Part shown: piece by piece, positions 28,415 to 40,485 of the stretch
How the letters are laid out: each line of letters starts with the position of its first letter
Position numbering within the stretch: the first letter of the stretch is position 1
DNA from: Dehalococcoidia bacterium
GTDB taxonomy: Bacteria > Chloroflexota > Dehalococcoidia > Bin125
Assembly (NCBI GenBank): GCA_965263065.1
Contig: CBDHGH010000003.1
Location: 2,565,592 to 2,629,591, forward strand
DNA length: 64,000 bases
Direction of reading: 5' to 3'
The notes under the pieces: generated by a model
Databases searched by the model: none
What the model saw: only the letters and a program-made list of their open reading frames with translations
Told to the model about the DNA's origin: nothing
Program-made: the position numbers and the translations under genes

Positions 28415-30223
28415 ATGCGCGCACTTGCTGATCTCGTGGCCCGCTGGCGAACGCCGGAGCCCCGCATCCCCGCGGAGCGGACGGAGGAGCAGGCCTGCGT
28501 GCTGTGCGGCACGGCGACGCGCGACACGCCTGGCTTCCAATCGCATGGGGTCTGCGGCCAGTGCGGCTACCACCACGCGATCAGCGCCTGGGCGCGCATC
28601 CGGCTGCTGGCCGATCCCGACACCTTCCGCGAGTCGCATGCGTCGACGACATCGGTCGACCCGCTCTCCTTCCCGGATGGGGGCATGTACCGGCGGCAGC
28701 TGCGAGAGGCGTTCCGTCGCACGGCGCTGCGGGAGGCGGCGATCACGGGAACCTGCGAGGTGCGCGGACGCTCGGTGATGCTGATCGTGCTGGACTTCGG
28801 CTTCCTCGGGGGCAGCATGGGCGTGGTGGTCGGGGAGCGCGTGGCGCAGGCATTCGAAGATGCGACGCGGCGCAAGTTGCCGGTCGTGTCGATGATCTCC
28901 TCCAGCGGGATGCGGGTGTGGGAAGGTGTGCTGGCGCTGACGCAGATGGCGAAGACAGCCGCGGCGGCCGAGCGACACCAGATCGCCGGGCTGCCGCACA
29001 TCGGCGTGTTGTCGAACCCGAGCACGGGGGCGGCGTTCGGCTCCTTCGCGAATCTGGCCGACGTGCTGATCGCCGAGCCGGGCGCGCTGATGGGCTTCAC
29101 GTCGCTGCGGGACCTGCAACGCGACGAGGGAAAGCCGCTCGACGCGGAGGCCCACTCGGCCGAGTCGCACCTGGCGCACGGGCTGATCGACCAGGTGGTG
29201 GAGCGGGGGCGGCAGCGTGACCTGCTGACCTCTCTCATCGACTTGATGAGCCCGTCGACGCGGCTGGAGATCACGCGGCGCTTGGAGCCCTTCGTGCGGC
29301 CGGGCGGCCGCGAGATCAGCCCCTGGCACGCGGTCGAGCTCGCCCGGCACAGCGATCGCCCCCAGGCGATCGACTACATCGGACGGATGACGACATCGTT
29401 CGTGGAGTTGCGCGGCGACCGCAGCGGCGAGGACGACCCCGCGATCGTGGCCGGGCTGGCCGACCTGGGCGGCGAGGCGATCATGCTGATCGCTCAGCAG
29501 GGCGGGGCCGACGGCGCAGCCGCCGTCGTGCGACCGGCCGGTCTGCGCAAGGCGATGCGGGCCGTGCGGCTGGCCGAGAAGTTCACCTTGCCCATCGTGG
29601 CGCTGGTCGACACGCGCGGCGTCGAACAGACACGGACGGCCGAGGAGGGGGGGCTGGGAGCGGCGCTCGCCGCGACGCTGGCGCTGATGTCGCGCGTGAA
29701 GACCCCGGTCCTGTCCGTGATCATCGGGGAGGGGGGCAGCAGCGCAGCTCTGGCGCTCAGCGTCGCGGATCGGGTGCTGATTCTGGAGCACGGCATCTTC
29801 ACGATCGCCTCGCCGGAGGAGGCGGCGCTGGCGTTGCACGGCGACGCGTCGCGGGTGGACGAGGTAGCCGAGGGACTGCGCCTGACAGCGCGCGACGCCC
29901 TCGAGCTGGGCGTCGTGGACCTGATCGTGCGGGAACCGCAGGATGGGGCGCACGCCGACCCGGACGCGGCGGCGAGCCTGCTGCGCACGGCGATCGTGCA
30001 GGAGCTGGGGGTGCTGGCGACGCAGCGGCCGGGGAGGCTCGTCAAACGTCGCTACAACCGCTACCGGCACACGGGGGTCTACCAAAACTTCTTCCGCGTC
30101 AGCCTGGGGCGCAATCTTGTCGATCTGCGGCGGGGGGCGCTGGCGCGCGCGCGCCAACGGATCCCGCAGCGACTGCGTGGCCTCCCGCCGGAACCCGACG
30201 AGCCGAGCATCCCGATCGATTAG
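28415..30223 (+). CDS. accDA: acetyl-CoA carboxylase carboxyltransferase, fused beta (AccD, N-terminal with zinc ribbon) and alpha (AccA, C-terminal) subunits
   Basis: N-terminal CVLCG...CGQCGYH zinc finger; two crotonase-like carboxyltransferase halves within one ORF. Confidence 0.85.
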   Translation: MRALADLVARWRTPEPRIPAERTEEQACVLCGTATRDTPGFQSHGVCGQCGYHHAISAWARIRLLADPDTFRESHASTTSVDPLSFPDGGMYRRQLREAFRRTALREAAITGTCEVRGRSVMLIVLDFGFLGGSMGVVVGERVAQAFEDATRRKLPVVSMISSSGMRVWEGVLALTQMAKTAAAAERHQIAGLPHIGVLSNPSTGAAFGSFANLADVLIAEPGALMGFTSLRDLQRDEGKPLDAEAHSAESHLAHGLIDQVVERGRQRDLLTSLIDLMSPSTRLEITRRLEPFVRPGGREISPWHAVELARHSDRPQAIDYIGRMTTSFVELRGDRSGEDDPAIVAGLADLGGEAIMLIAQQGGADGAAAVVRPAGLRKAMRAVRLAEKFTLPIVALVDTRGVEQTRTAEEGGLGAALAATLALMSRVKTPVLSVIIGEGGSSAALALSVADRVLILEHGIFTIASPEEAALALHGDASRVDEVAEGLRLTARDALELGVVDLIVREPQDGAHADPDAAASLLRTAIVQELGVLATQRPGRLVKRRYNRYRHTGVYQNFFRVSLGRNLVDLRRGALARARQRIPQRLRGLPPEPDEPSIPID

Positions 30224-30272
30224 CCCGGGCGGGATCCACCCGAGCGGGCCATCGACGCACGCGCCGGGGGGT

Positions 30273-31031
30273 CTAGGGCAACAGGCCCGCACGCGACGCC
30301 ATGGGCGGCAGATCCTCCCGCGCCGTCCAGACGAGTTCATACAGTTGCTGGCGCCCTTCCATGCCGCGCAGGCGCCGGGGTCCGCGATCGATGAGGTCTT
30401 GCGTGGGGAAGTCGTGGCGGATCTCCTCGTGGACGCTGCCCGAGAGCCAGATCTCACCGCCCTCACTCTTGTCCATGACGCGCTGCGCCATATTGACGGT
30501 GCGGCCCAGAATGTCGCCGCCGGGACGCAGGAGCACATCGCCGCGGTGGAGGCCAATGCGAACCCGCACCGGCCAGTCGGGCCGCATGGCGGCGCGCGCC
30601 GCGATGCGACGCTGGATCTCGATCGCGGCGCGGGCCGCGTTGGTCGCGTCGGCGAACACGATGAGGAAGCCGTCCCCAGTGCCCTTGACCTCGAAGCCCG
30701 CGAAGCGCTCGATGGCATCGCGGACGATGGTGTCGTGATCGTCGGAGACCTCGGCCCAGGCGAGGTCGCCCAGGCGCTCGGTGAGATAGACCGAGTCCTC
30801 GATGTCGGTGAAGAGGACGGTCAATGTGGTGCCGCTGGTGGGGTGCAGGGAAGCGGTGAGCGCGCGCCCGTCGTTGGGGCAGAAGGCGGAGTCGGGGGGA
30901 GCCAATTCCCCGCAGAAGGCGCAGACGCGCGCACGTGCGTCGCCCTCCGCCGGGCGGATCCAAGGGGGGACGCTGACACGCAGGTGGCGTGGAGGCGCAT
31001 CCTCCGGCGTTGTCACGGCAGTCCGTCCCAT
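30273..31031 (-). CDS. class III adenylate/guanylate cyclase with N-terminal double zinc ribbon
   Basis: Motifs CAFCGE...CPNDG, LFTDIEDSV, FEVKGTGDGFLIVF and GLHRGDV. Confidence 0.78.
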   Translation of the reverse strand: MGRTAVTTPEDAPPRHLRVSVPPWIRPAEGDARARVCAFCGELAPPDSAFCPNDGRALTASLHPTSGTTLTVLFTDIEDSVYLTERLGDLAWAEVSDDHDTIVRDAIERFAGFEVKGTGDGFLIVFADATNAARAAIEIQRRIAARAAMRPDWPVRVRIGLHRGDVLLRPGGDILGRTVNMAQRVMDKSEGGEIWLSGSVHEEIRHDFPTQDLIDRGPRRLRGMEGRQQLYELVWTAREDLPPMASRAGLLP

Positions 31032-31140
31032 CCGGCCGGAACCAAGTACAGAGTCGTACCATCCGGCGCTGGTCCGTGCTGATCATACGTGTCATCGCCC
31101 GCTTCAACGTTATCGGGGGGTCAAATGGCCGGGCGCGGCA

Positions 31141-33251
<2,111 letters not shown>

Positions 33252-33255
<4 letters not shown>

Positions 33256-33878
33256 GAGTCGGCCAGTTTCTGGAAGACGGCGCGGAGCACCGCTTCGGCG
33301 CCGGGCTCGAGTTCTTGGCCGGCGACGTCGTCCACCCAGGCCTGCGCCTCCCGGCGGGGGTAGCCCAGGTTGACGAGCGCCTCGACGGCGTCGAGCAGGG
33401 CCCGGTCCGCGGCGGGTGGGGGGGCGGTCGCGACCTCGCGGTACTGCTCGTCGCGCAGTAGAGCCTCCTCGACGACCTTGCCCTTGAGCTCGGCGACAAC
33501 GTAGTCGGCCTGCCGGGCGCCGACGCCGGGGAGCTGTCGCAGGGCGGCCTTGTCCTCGGTCTCGATCCAGTGGGCGATGGTGGAGACGGAGCTGGCCAGC
33601 GCCTTCTGCGCCTTGGTCGCGCCCATGTTCCGGACGCGCATGAGCTTCTTGAAGAAGTCCCGCTCGACGGGACGCAGGAAGCCGTACAGCACCGGCGTGG
33701 GGTTGCGATCCGGCACGTGGTAGTACGTGTAGAAGCTGACCTCCGTCGGCTGCGCCTCCATGGCGCGCCAACAGTAGGTCGGCAGCAGGACTTCGTACCA
33801 CAGCCCACCGACCTCCACCTCCACGCTCTGGGCGTCCGCATTCCAGCTCTTGGCGACGCCCTCGATGCGCGTGATCAC
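33252..33878 (-). CDS. ruvA: Holliday junction DNA helicase RuvA
   Basis: 208 aa; motif LYGF...F..L..V.GIG. Confidence 0.85.
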
Positions 33879-34414
33879 GACGGCGCCATCCGCGTCGCCA
33901 CGCCCCCACCGCCCGCCAGCAGCCCGACACCCTCCAGCAGAATGTGGCAGGCGGCGATGGCGAGCGCGTCCGAGGCGTCGCCGGGGGCCGGCACGGTGTC
34001 GAGGTCCAGCTGAACGGCGAGGGCTCGGGCGAGCGCGGCCTTCTCGGCGTTGCCGTCGCCGCTGACGGCCTGCTTGACCTCGCGGGGGGCGTACTCAAAG
34101 AGGGGGAGGCCGGCAGCGGCGGCGGCGAGCATGGCGGCCGCCTGCGCCTGGCCCAGCGCCATGGCCGAGCGCACGTTGTCGCGCAGGAAGGGACGCTCCA
34201 GCACGACGACGGCGGGACGGTGCTCGTCGATCAGGGCCGCGACTTCGCGCTGGATGACGAGCAGGCGCTGCTCGATCGGCGCCGCCGTGGGGGGACGGAT
34301 GACGCCGTAGCGGGCGGCGCTGCCGGGGAGATGCCCGGTCGTCTCGAGGACGCCCCAGCCGGTCGCGCGCAGACCGGGGTCGACACCGAGGACGCGGACG
34401 GAAGGGGGGGGCAC
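33875..34414 (-). CDS. ruvC: crossover junction endodeoxyribonuclease RuvC
   Basis: 179 aa; motif [15 protein letters not shown]...E..F. Confidence 0.85.
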   Translation of the reverse strand: MPPPSVRVLGVDPGLRATGWGVLETTGHLPGSAARYGVIRPPTAAPIEQRLLVIQREVAALIDEHRPAVVVLERPFLRDNVRSAMALGQAQAAAMLAAAAAGLPLFEYAPREVKQAVSGDGNAEKAALARALAVQLDLDTVPAPGDASDALAIAACHILLEGVGLLAGGGGVATRMAPS

Positions 34415-34419
34415 GACGC

Positions 34420-35166
34420 TCAGGCTTCGACGAATACGGACTCGGGCAGGTCGGCGTTGGTGGAGACCCGCTGGACATCGTCGAGGTCCTCCAGCGACTC
34501 AATCAAACGCACGATCTGTCGGCCCTTCGACTCGTCCACACCGACGGTGTTGGTGGGGCGCATGATGACTTCGGCCGAGGCGATGGTGACGCCGTTGCCC
34601 TCCAGCCCGTGGCGCACCGCCTCCACGTCGGCGGGGGCGGTGACGACTTCCAGGACGCCGCTGTCCACTTCGATGTCCTCCGCGCCGGCGTCGATCGCCT
34701 GCAGCTCCAGGTCCTCTTCGTCGACACCCGCGTCGAGGTCGACCAGGACGACGCCCTTCTGCTCGAACGTCCAGGAGACGCTGCCCGTCTCCCCCAGGCT
34801 GCCGCCCGCTTTGGTGAGGGTGGAGCGGAGGTCGGAGACGGTGCGGTTGCGGTTATCGGTCAGGGTGTCGATGAGGAGGGCGACGCCGCCGGGCCCGTAG
34901 GCCTCGTAGCGGATCTCCTCCCAGTGCTCGCCGCCGCCGGTCGCGGTCGCGCGATCGATCGCGCGCTGGACGTTGTCCTTGGGCATGTTGGCCTGGCGCG
35001 CCTTGCCGATGGCGATGCGCAGCGCGGCGTTCTCTTCGGGGCTGGGGCCGCCCGCTTTCGCGGCGACCATGATCTCGCGGGCGATCTTCGTGAAGATCTT
35101 GCCGCGCTTGGCGTCGGCGGCGCCCTTCGCGCGCTTGATGGTGGACCATTTCGAATGACCGGACAT
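34420..35166 (-). CDS. yebC: YebC/PmpR family DNA-binding transcriptional regulator
   Basis: N-terminal MSGHSKWSTIKRAKGAADAKRGKIFTK. Confidence 0.9.
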   Translation of the reverse strand: MSGHSKWSTIKRAKGAADAKRGKIFTKIAREIMVAAKAGGPSPEENAALRIAIGKARQANMPKDNVQRAIDRATATGGGEHWEEIRYEAYGPGGVALLIDTLTDNRNRTVSDLRSTLTKAGGSLGETGSVSWTFEQKGVVLVDLDAGVDEEDLELQAIDAGAEDIEVDSGVLEVVTAPADVEAVRHGLEGNGVTIASAEVIMRPTNTVGVDESKGRQIVRLIESLEDLDDVQRVSTNADLPESVFVEA

Positions 35167-35370
35167 GTCGCTTCCCTCACGCCGGCTGCGACCGGCAACC
35201 CATGGGGATTTTACACGCGATCGGGGCGCAATGATCGTCCCGAAGGGGGGTTAGTACGGCGATGTGCACGCCCTGGGCGTATTTCCCGCCCGCTGGACCT
35301 GGCGAAAGCCAGAAACGCCTGTGTTCACTGGGTTTTCGGGGAATCATGGTGTGTCACGGGGGAGCACTGG

Positions 35371-35440
35371 GGTGCATAGCGGGTCAGGAGTGTGCACGAG
35401 TGTGCAGCAGTGTGCATGTGTGTGCACGAGTTGTGCACGG
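35371..35440. repeat. Inverted copy of the TGCACAC 10-bp-periodic array; its reverse complement reads ...TGCACACTCG TGCACACTCC TGACCCGCTA TGCACCCC, identical to 3093-3130
   Basis: Read directly from the sequence; intergenic between yebC and panC. Confidence 0.8.
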
Positions 35441-35562
35441 GTCCGGAAGCTGTCGGCAGTGCCCGCGATCTGCGGACGACCACTCCGAGTATAGCGGATA
35501 ATCCACAGGACGGGAAGCCCCGCGCCGTCGCGCCGTCCTCCTCCGCGACGGAGGGGCGCGGC

Positions 35563-36468
35563 TTAGGGATCGGAGCGGAGGGCCGGAGGGAGGACGTCGA
35601 GGTCGGCATGGGCGGCGCCGAGGCCGGGCGGCAGGCCCAGCCAGTGGTTGTCGATCAGGTGGGCGCCACCAACCATCGCGGCGATCGAGACGAGGGCGGT
35701 CTCGACGACGCGGTCGAGCTCTTGCAGGGTGTCGAGCGAGGCGCACGACACGTACTGGACGTCGATCAGGGGCTGGGCGGCGAGCTCCGTCCGGGCGGCC
35801 TCGCGGATGACGTCGCCGCGGCGCTCCCCGGCGGCGAAGCGCGCAGCGGCTGCATCCAGGGCGCGGGAGATGGCGGTCGCGGCGCGCCGCCCTTCGGCGT
35901 CGAGGTGGACGTTGCGGCTGCTCAGGGCGAGACCGTCGGCAGCGCGGACGGTGGGGACGGGAACGATCGTCGTGGGGATGGCGAGGTCGCGCACGAGCTT
36001 GGTGAGCACCAGGATCTGCTGCGCGTCTTTCATGCCGAAGTAGCTGCGATGGGCCTGGGCGACCTGCAGGAGCTTCGCCACGACGGTCGTCACGCCCCGG
36101 AAGTGGGTGGGGCGCTGGGCGGCTTCGAGGCGCTGCGTCAGCGGACCCTCGACCACGACGGCGGTGTCGAAGCCGGGCGGATACATGACGGCCTGCGTCG
36201 GCAGGAACACGGCGTCGGCGCCCACCTCCCGCAGCAGCCGGAGGTCGGCGTCGAGGTCGCGGGGGTAGCGCTCCAGGTCCTCCTCAGGGCCGAACTGCAA
36301 CGGATTGAGGAAGATCGAGGCCAACGAGCGATCGGTTTCGGCGCGGGAACGGCGCAGCAACGCCAGGTGGCCGTCGTGCAGCGCGCCCATGGTGGCGACG
36401 AATCCCACGCTGCCGGTCTGGGCGCGACGCCAGCGGCGCGCCGCCGCGATCGATTCGAGGCGCTCCAC
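35563..36468 (-). CDS. panC: pantoate--beta-alanine ligase
   Basis: GTG start 9 nt after the panB stop; motif TMGALHDGH. Confidence 0.82.
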   Translation of the reverse strand: MERLESIAAARRWRRAQTGSVGFVATMGALHDGHLALLRRSRAETDRSLASIFLNPLQFGPEEDLERYPRDLDADLRLLREVGADAVFLPTQAVMYPPGFDTAVVVEGPLTQRLEAAQRPTHFRGVTTVVAKLLQVAQAHRSYFGMKDAQQILVLTKLVRDLAIPTTIVPVPTVRAADGLALSSRNVHLDAEGRRAATAISRALDAAAARFAAGERRGDVIREAARTELAAQPLIDVQYVSCASLDTLQELDRVVETALVSIAAMVGGAHLIDNHWLGLPPGLGAAHADLDVLPPALRSDP

Positions 36469-36476
36469 GGGGTGGC

Positions 36477-37352
36477 TTAGCGCTTCGCTGCGCCCAGCTC
36501 TTCGCCGAGCTCCTCGAAGAGGGCAGAGAGCACCTTCGCCATGTTGGGCTTGGCATCGAAGGAGTTGCCGGGGCCGGGGAACTCGCCGCGCTTGACGGCG
36601 TGCACGTAGTTCTCGAGGCCGTGGCGGATCTGCGGGGCGAGCTTGGCGAAGTGGCTGGCGTGCTTGGGCAGGAAATCCTCGAACAGGCCCAGCACGTCGT
36701 GCCAGACCTGGATCTCGCCGTCGCAGCCGACGCCCGCGCCGATGCCGACGGTGGGGATGCGCAACTCGCGCGAGATCTCGACGCCCAGCGGGGCGGGGAT
36801 ACATTCCAGCACCACCGCGAACGCGCCGGCGCGCTCCAGCGCGCGCGCATCGTCGAGCATGCGGGCGGCGGCGGAATCGGTCTTGCCCTGGATCTTGTGC
36901 CCGCCGAGCTGCCGCACCGACTGGGGCGTGAGGCCCAGATGTCCCATGACGGGGATGCCGGACGCGACGAGGCGCTCCACGATCCCGGCCACGCGCACGC
37001 CGCCCTCGAGCTTGACCGCGGTCGCGCCGCCTTCCTGCAGGAGGCGGACCGCGTTGCGCATCGCCTCGTCCTCGTTGGCCTGGTAGGAGCCGAAGGGCAT
37101 GTCGGCGACGACGAAGGCGCGCTCGGTACCTCGCACGACGGGCTTGGTGTGGTGGATGATCTCATCCATGGTCACGGGGACGGTGGAGTCGTAGCCGAGG
37201 ACGACCGTGCCCAGCGAATCGCCGACGAGGACGCCGGGGATGCCCACCTGGTCGACGAGGCGGGCGCTGGGGTAGTCGTAGCAGGTGATCATGGCGAAGC
37301 GCTCGCCACGATCCTTGAGCGCGCGGAGGCTGTGGACTGAGCGTCGTGCCAT
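36477..37352 (-). CDS. panB: 3-methyl-2-oxobutanoate hydroxymethyltransferase
   Basis: 291 aa; PanB-like throughout (LVGDSLG...GHLGLTPQS). Confidence 0.9.
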   Translation of the reverse strand: MARRSVHSLRALKDRGERFAMITCYDYPSARLVDQVGIPGVLVGDSLGTVVLGYDSTVPVTMDEIIHHTKPVVRGTERAFVVADMPFGSYQANEDEAMRNAVRLLQEGGATAVKLEGGVRVAGIVERLVASGIPVMGHLGLTPQSVRQLGGHKIQGKTDSAAARMLDDARALERAGAFAVVLECIPAPLGVEISRELRIPTVGIGAGVGCDGEIQVWHDVLGLFEDFLPKHASHFAKLAPQIRHGLENYVHAVKRGEFPGPGNSFDAKPNMAKVLSALFEELGEELGAAKR

Positions 37353-37462
37353 GCGGCGGGCCCTCCTGGGCGACGCCCAGCACAGGCGACGCCGATGGTC
37401 TCGGGAACGCGCGGCGAATGTATCGACGCGCTTCGCAGCGTGTCAATCGCGCCGGGTGCGCA

Positions 37463-38602
37463 TCAGGCGACACCTGGCCCGGGGATCTCGACGCCGACGG
37501 CCGGCAGTCCGGCCAGCGGGGTCGCCTGGCGCACGCCCCGCACGATCGCCCTACCCAGGACGTCGGCGGCCATGCTGCCCAGCATCGTCAGCAGGGCGGG
37601 GGCGCGGCACAGGTCGGCATCGTGGCGGCCGGTCGCGAGGACGAACACGGAGTCGCCATCGACGGGCGTATGCGCGGGGCGCACGGCCTGCGCGAGGCCG
37701 TCGTCCGCCATGATGGCGAGCCGGGTGGCCTGCGCCTTGTCGAGGCGGGCGTTCGTCGCGACGACGGCGACCGTCGTGTTGAGCAGCCCCTGCGCCCCGT
37801 GCAGCGCCTCGACGGCGGCGGCGTGGTCGGCGTAGTAGGCGTCGAGGGGCTTGCCGAGCAGGGCGTCGTGGGCGGGCCGCATGGCGCCCTCGCTCCCGCG
37901 CCCGCGGGGGCCGGCGACGAGCACGCCCGTCGCCGGGTCGACGATCGCGCCGGCGGCGTTCACGGCCGCAATCGCCGCGACGACGAGTCCGGACTCGTGG
38001 CGGACGGAGGCGGTACCGATGCCGCCCTTCCAGGCGAGGTCGCGCCCGTCGAGCTTGGCGACGCTGCAGCCCGTGCCGGCGCCCACGCAGCCCTCGGCGA
38101 CGGCGCCGCCGGTGGCGCGGCGGACGGCCATCGCGCCCTGGTCGGGGCCGGGGAACGCCGTGGGCGACCCCAGCGCTTGGTCGAAGACGACGGCGCCGGT
38201 GACGATCGGCACCGGGGCGGCCTCGGCGGTGACGGGCAGGCCAACGCCGCGATCGACCAGGGCGGCGCGCACGCCGGCGGCGGCGGCGAGGCCGTGGGCG
38301 CTGCCGCCGGTGATCAGCACGGCATGGACGACGCCCACGGTGTTCTCGGGGCGCAGGAGTTGCGTGTCGATGGTGCCGGGCGCGCCGCCGGCGCCGTGGA
38401 AGCCGGGCGTCGCGCCCGCTTCGGTCAGGACGACGGTGCAGCCCGTGGCACGGCGGCGGCTGGTCCAGTGGCCCAGGCGCACGCCCTCGACATCGGTGAT
38501 CGCCCCGTCCATGTTGGCTGCCGCGGTGTTGGTTGTCGCCATCGCGCCTCCTGCGCTCAGTCCAGCGCGGACTCGACGTCGCGCATGTGCAGGTACAGCC
38601 AC
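37463..38602 (-). CDS. S58/DmpA family peptidase (L-aminopeptidase/D-esterase-like)
   Basis: Motif TNTAA...AITDV.GV.LGH; probable start at MATTNT (38542). Confidence 0.7.
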   Translation of the reverse strand: MAVPAHARRRVRAGLSAGGAMATTNTAAANMDGAITDVEGVRLGHWTSRRRATGCTVVLTEAGATPGFHGAGGAPGTIDTQLLRPENTVGVVHAVLITGGSAHGLAAAAGVRAALVDRGVGLPVTAEAAPVPIVTGAVVFDQALGSPTAFPGPDQGAMAVRRATGGAVAEGCVGAGTGCSVAKLDGRDLAWKGGIGTASVRHESGLVVAAIAAVNAAGAIVDPATGVLVAGPRGRGSEGAMRPAHDALLGKPLDAYYADHAAAVEALHGAQGLLNTTVAVVATNARLDKAQATRLAIMADDGLAQAVRPAHTPVDGDSVFVLATGRHDADLCRAPALLTMLGSMAADVLGRAIVRGVRQATPLAGLPAVGVEIPGPGVA

Positions 38603-39267
38603 ACCATGTCGCGGCCGGCGTCGGTGATGCCGCCGATGGCGTCGATGAAACGCTCCAACTGCCCCTCGTCGATGGCGAGGACGTGGCTGGTCATCGCACG
38701 ACGCCGCTGGTCCAGCACCAGCAGCGCGACTTGGTCGGGGTTCATGCGGCGTTCGGGCAGCCAGTCGACGCGCTCGGCGAGGGTCTGCGACTGGCGCAAG
38801 CCCTCGGAGAGACGCAGCAACGCGCCGTGCTCCACCTTGGCCACACGCGTGAGGCCCCCGGCGACGGCGGTCACGGCGGCGCGGAACTGCTTGTACTGGC
38901 GCCGGGGGATGTCCCCGCGCGCGCGCTCCACGTCCGCGACGGTGGGGAGTCCCAGGTCGCGCATGATCCAGTCGGCGTCCCGGCCCTGGGTGAGATTGAG
39001 GAAGGCCGTCAGCGAGCCAGGGTTGAGGCGGAACTGCATGAACGTCCGCACGACCGGGCTCGCGTCGCGACCGCGCAGCGCCAAGTAGAGGCCGATCAAC
39101 TCCTCGGCCGCGGCCAGGTACTCCTGGACGATGCGCATGCCCATGACCTTGCGGTCGGAGGGGTCGGCGGTGACGAGCCCGCGCAAGAGTGCCTCGGCGA
39201 TGGTGCGGTGCGCTTTGCCGCCGAAGCTGGCGTAGTTCTCCAGGAACGGCGTCTCGACGGCGTGCAC
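38557..39267 (-). CDS. hypothetical protein; the in-frame upstream extension to about 39418 encodes a CxxC-x17-CxxC zinc ribbon but lacks ATG/GTG/TTG
   Basis: 236 aa from a GTG; no recognised family; upstream in-frame translation reads ...SIATCEECGDDFDLAGLDRRAALCAACFTAYVHAVETPF. Confidence 0.45.
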   Translation of the reverse strand: MHAVETPFLENYASFGGKAHRTIAEALLRGLVTADPSDRKVMGMRIVQEYLAAAEELIGLYLALRGRDASPVVRTFMQFRLNPGSLTAFLNLTQGRDADWIMRDLGLPTVADVERARGDIPRRQYKQFRAAVTAVAGGLTRVAKVEHGALLRLSEGLRQSQTLAERVDWLPERRMNPDQVALLVLDQRRRAMTSHVLAIDEGQLERFIDAIGGITDAGRDMVWLYLHMRDVESALD

Positions 39268-39425
39268 GTACGCGGTGAAGCAGGCGGCGCAGAGCGCGGC
39301 GCGGCGATCAAGCCCGGCGAGATCGAAGTCGTCGCCGCACTCCTCGCAGGTCGCGATGGAGGCCGGCAGGCGCTCGGCCGAGGATTCCAGGCCGACGCCG
39401 GGGCGGGTCGCACGTGGGCGCGTGG

Positions 39426-40388
39426 TCAGGGGGCGCTCCGATCGACCGTGTCCGCTGTTCTGCGGCCGAGGCTAGCAGCGGCGCCGGGCCCGCGTGCGTG
39501 GGAGGCGACGCGCGCCGAGCGGGCGCCCGGCGGCCGGCGGGTGGACCTGACGCGCCGGCGCATCTGCGCCGGCGGCTGGCAGCGCGGACACCAGTGCGAC
39601 GCGCGCCCGCCGACGACGCTGCGGCGGATGGCCGCGCCGCAGTCGTCGCAGGGCTGGTCGGTGCGGCGGAAGACGCGCACGAAGTATTGCTGGCTGCCCT
39701 CCGCGCCGTCGGCGTCGGTGTAGTCGCGAAAGGATGCGCCACGGTTGGCGATGCCGTCCTGAAGGACACGGCCGATCGCGGCGTGCAGGGCGCGGCGCTC
39801 GGCGGGACGGAGCGCCCCGGCGGGCGCCTGCGGGTGCAGACGGGCCAGGAAGAGGGCTTCGTCGGCGTAGATGTTGCCGATCCCGGCGACGAAGCGCTGG
39901 TCGAGCAGCATGGACTTGACGGGGGCGCGACGACCACGCAGCCCGCGCCAGAGGGCGTCGCTGTCGAAGGCGGGATCGATGGCGTCGGGGCCGAGCTTGG
40001 CGAGCGCCTCGGCGGGGTCATCCACCAGGTCGAGTGTGCCGAACTTGCGGACGTCGATGAAGCGCAACTCGCTGCCGTCGTCGAGGGGCAGGCGGGCGCG
40101 GAGGAAGTTGTCGGGGGGCGCGCCGGCGGGGCGGTGGCGCAGGGAGCCGGTCATCCGCAGGTGGATGACCAGGAGCGGGCCCTCGCCGAGGCCGATGAGC
40201 AGGTACTTGCCGTGCCGGCCGATGTCCGTGATCGGCGCGCCGCATAGGCGGTCGCGCAGGGCCCGCGGCGGAACGCCGCGCAGCAGTCGCTCGGCGCCGG
40301 GCAGCAACTCGAAATCGGTGATCGTGCGACCGACGATGCGCGCCGCCAAGTCACGCCGGAGGGTCTCGACCTCTGGGAGTTCAGGCAT
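39426..40388 (-). CDS. mutM: formamidopyrimidine-DNA glycosylase
   Basis: N-terminal MPELPEVE; H2TH domain; C-terminal CPRC zinc finger. Confidence 0.85.
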   Translation of the reverse strand: MPELPEVETLRRDLAARIVGRTITDFELLPGAERLLRGVPPRALRDRLCGAPITDIGRHGKYLLIGLGEGPLLVIHLRMTGSLRHRPAGAPPDNFLRARLPLDDGSELRFIDVRKFGTLDLVDDPAEALAKLGPDAIDPAFDSDALWRGLRGRRAPVKSMLLDQRFVAGIGNIYADEALFLARLHPQAPAGALRPAERRALHAAIGRVLQDGIANRGASFRDYTDADGAEGSQQYFVRVFRRTDQPCDDCGAAIRRSVVGGRASHWCPRCQPPAQMRRRVRSTRRPPGARSARVASHARGPGAAASLGRRTADTVDRSAP

Positions 40389-40485
40389 GAGCGCAGGCTA
40401 GCAGCGGGGGCTCGCCGGACGCGGCGGAGGCCGCCCGGCGGCGGCCCCTGCGATAGGCGTCCCTGCGGTGTACGTCCAGGAGGCC

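Noticed and set aside
33256-34098. N-terminal 280 residues of the 985-aa track ORF containing uvrB.
   Set aside because: This region is occupied by ruvA and ruvC in other frames. UvrB homology begins only at the GTG at 33255.
35440-35470. GGGUCCGGAAGCUG, resembling the GUCCGGAAGGAAGCAGC core of SRP (4.5S) RNA.
   Set aside because: Only the GUCCGGAAG nonamer matches. The flanking sequence cannot form the conserved domain IV helix.
35495-35510. TAATCCACA, one mismatch from the E. coli DnaA box, near the repeat array.
   Set aside because: It is a single isolated box. No dnaA/dnaN, AT-rich unwinding element or cluster of boxes is present. It is not an origin.
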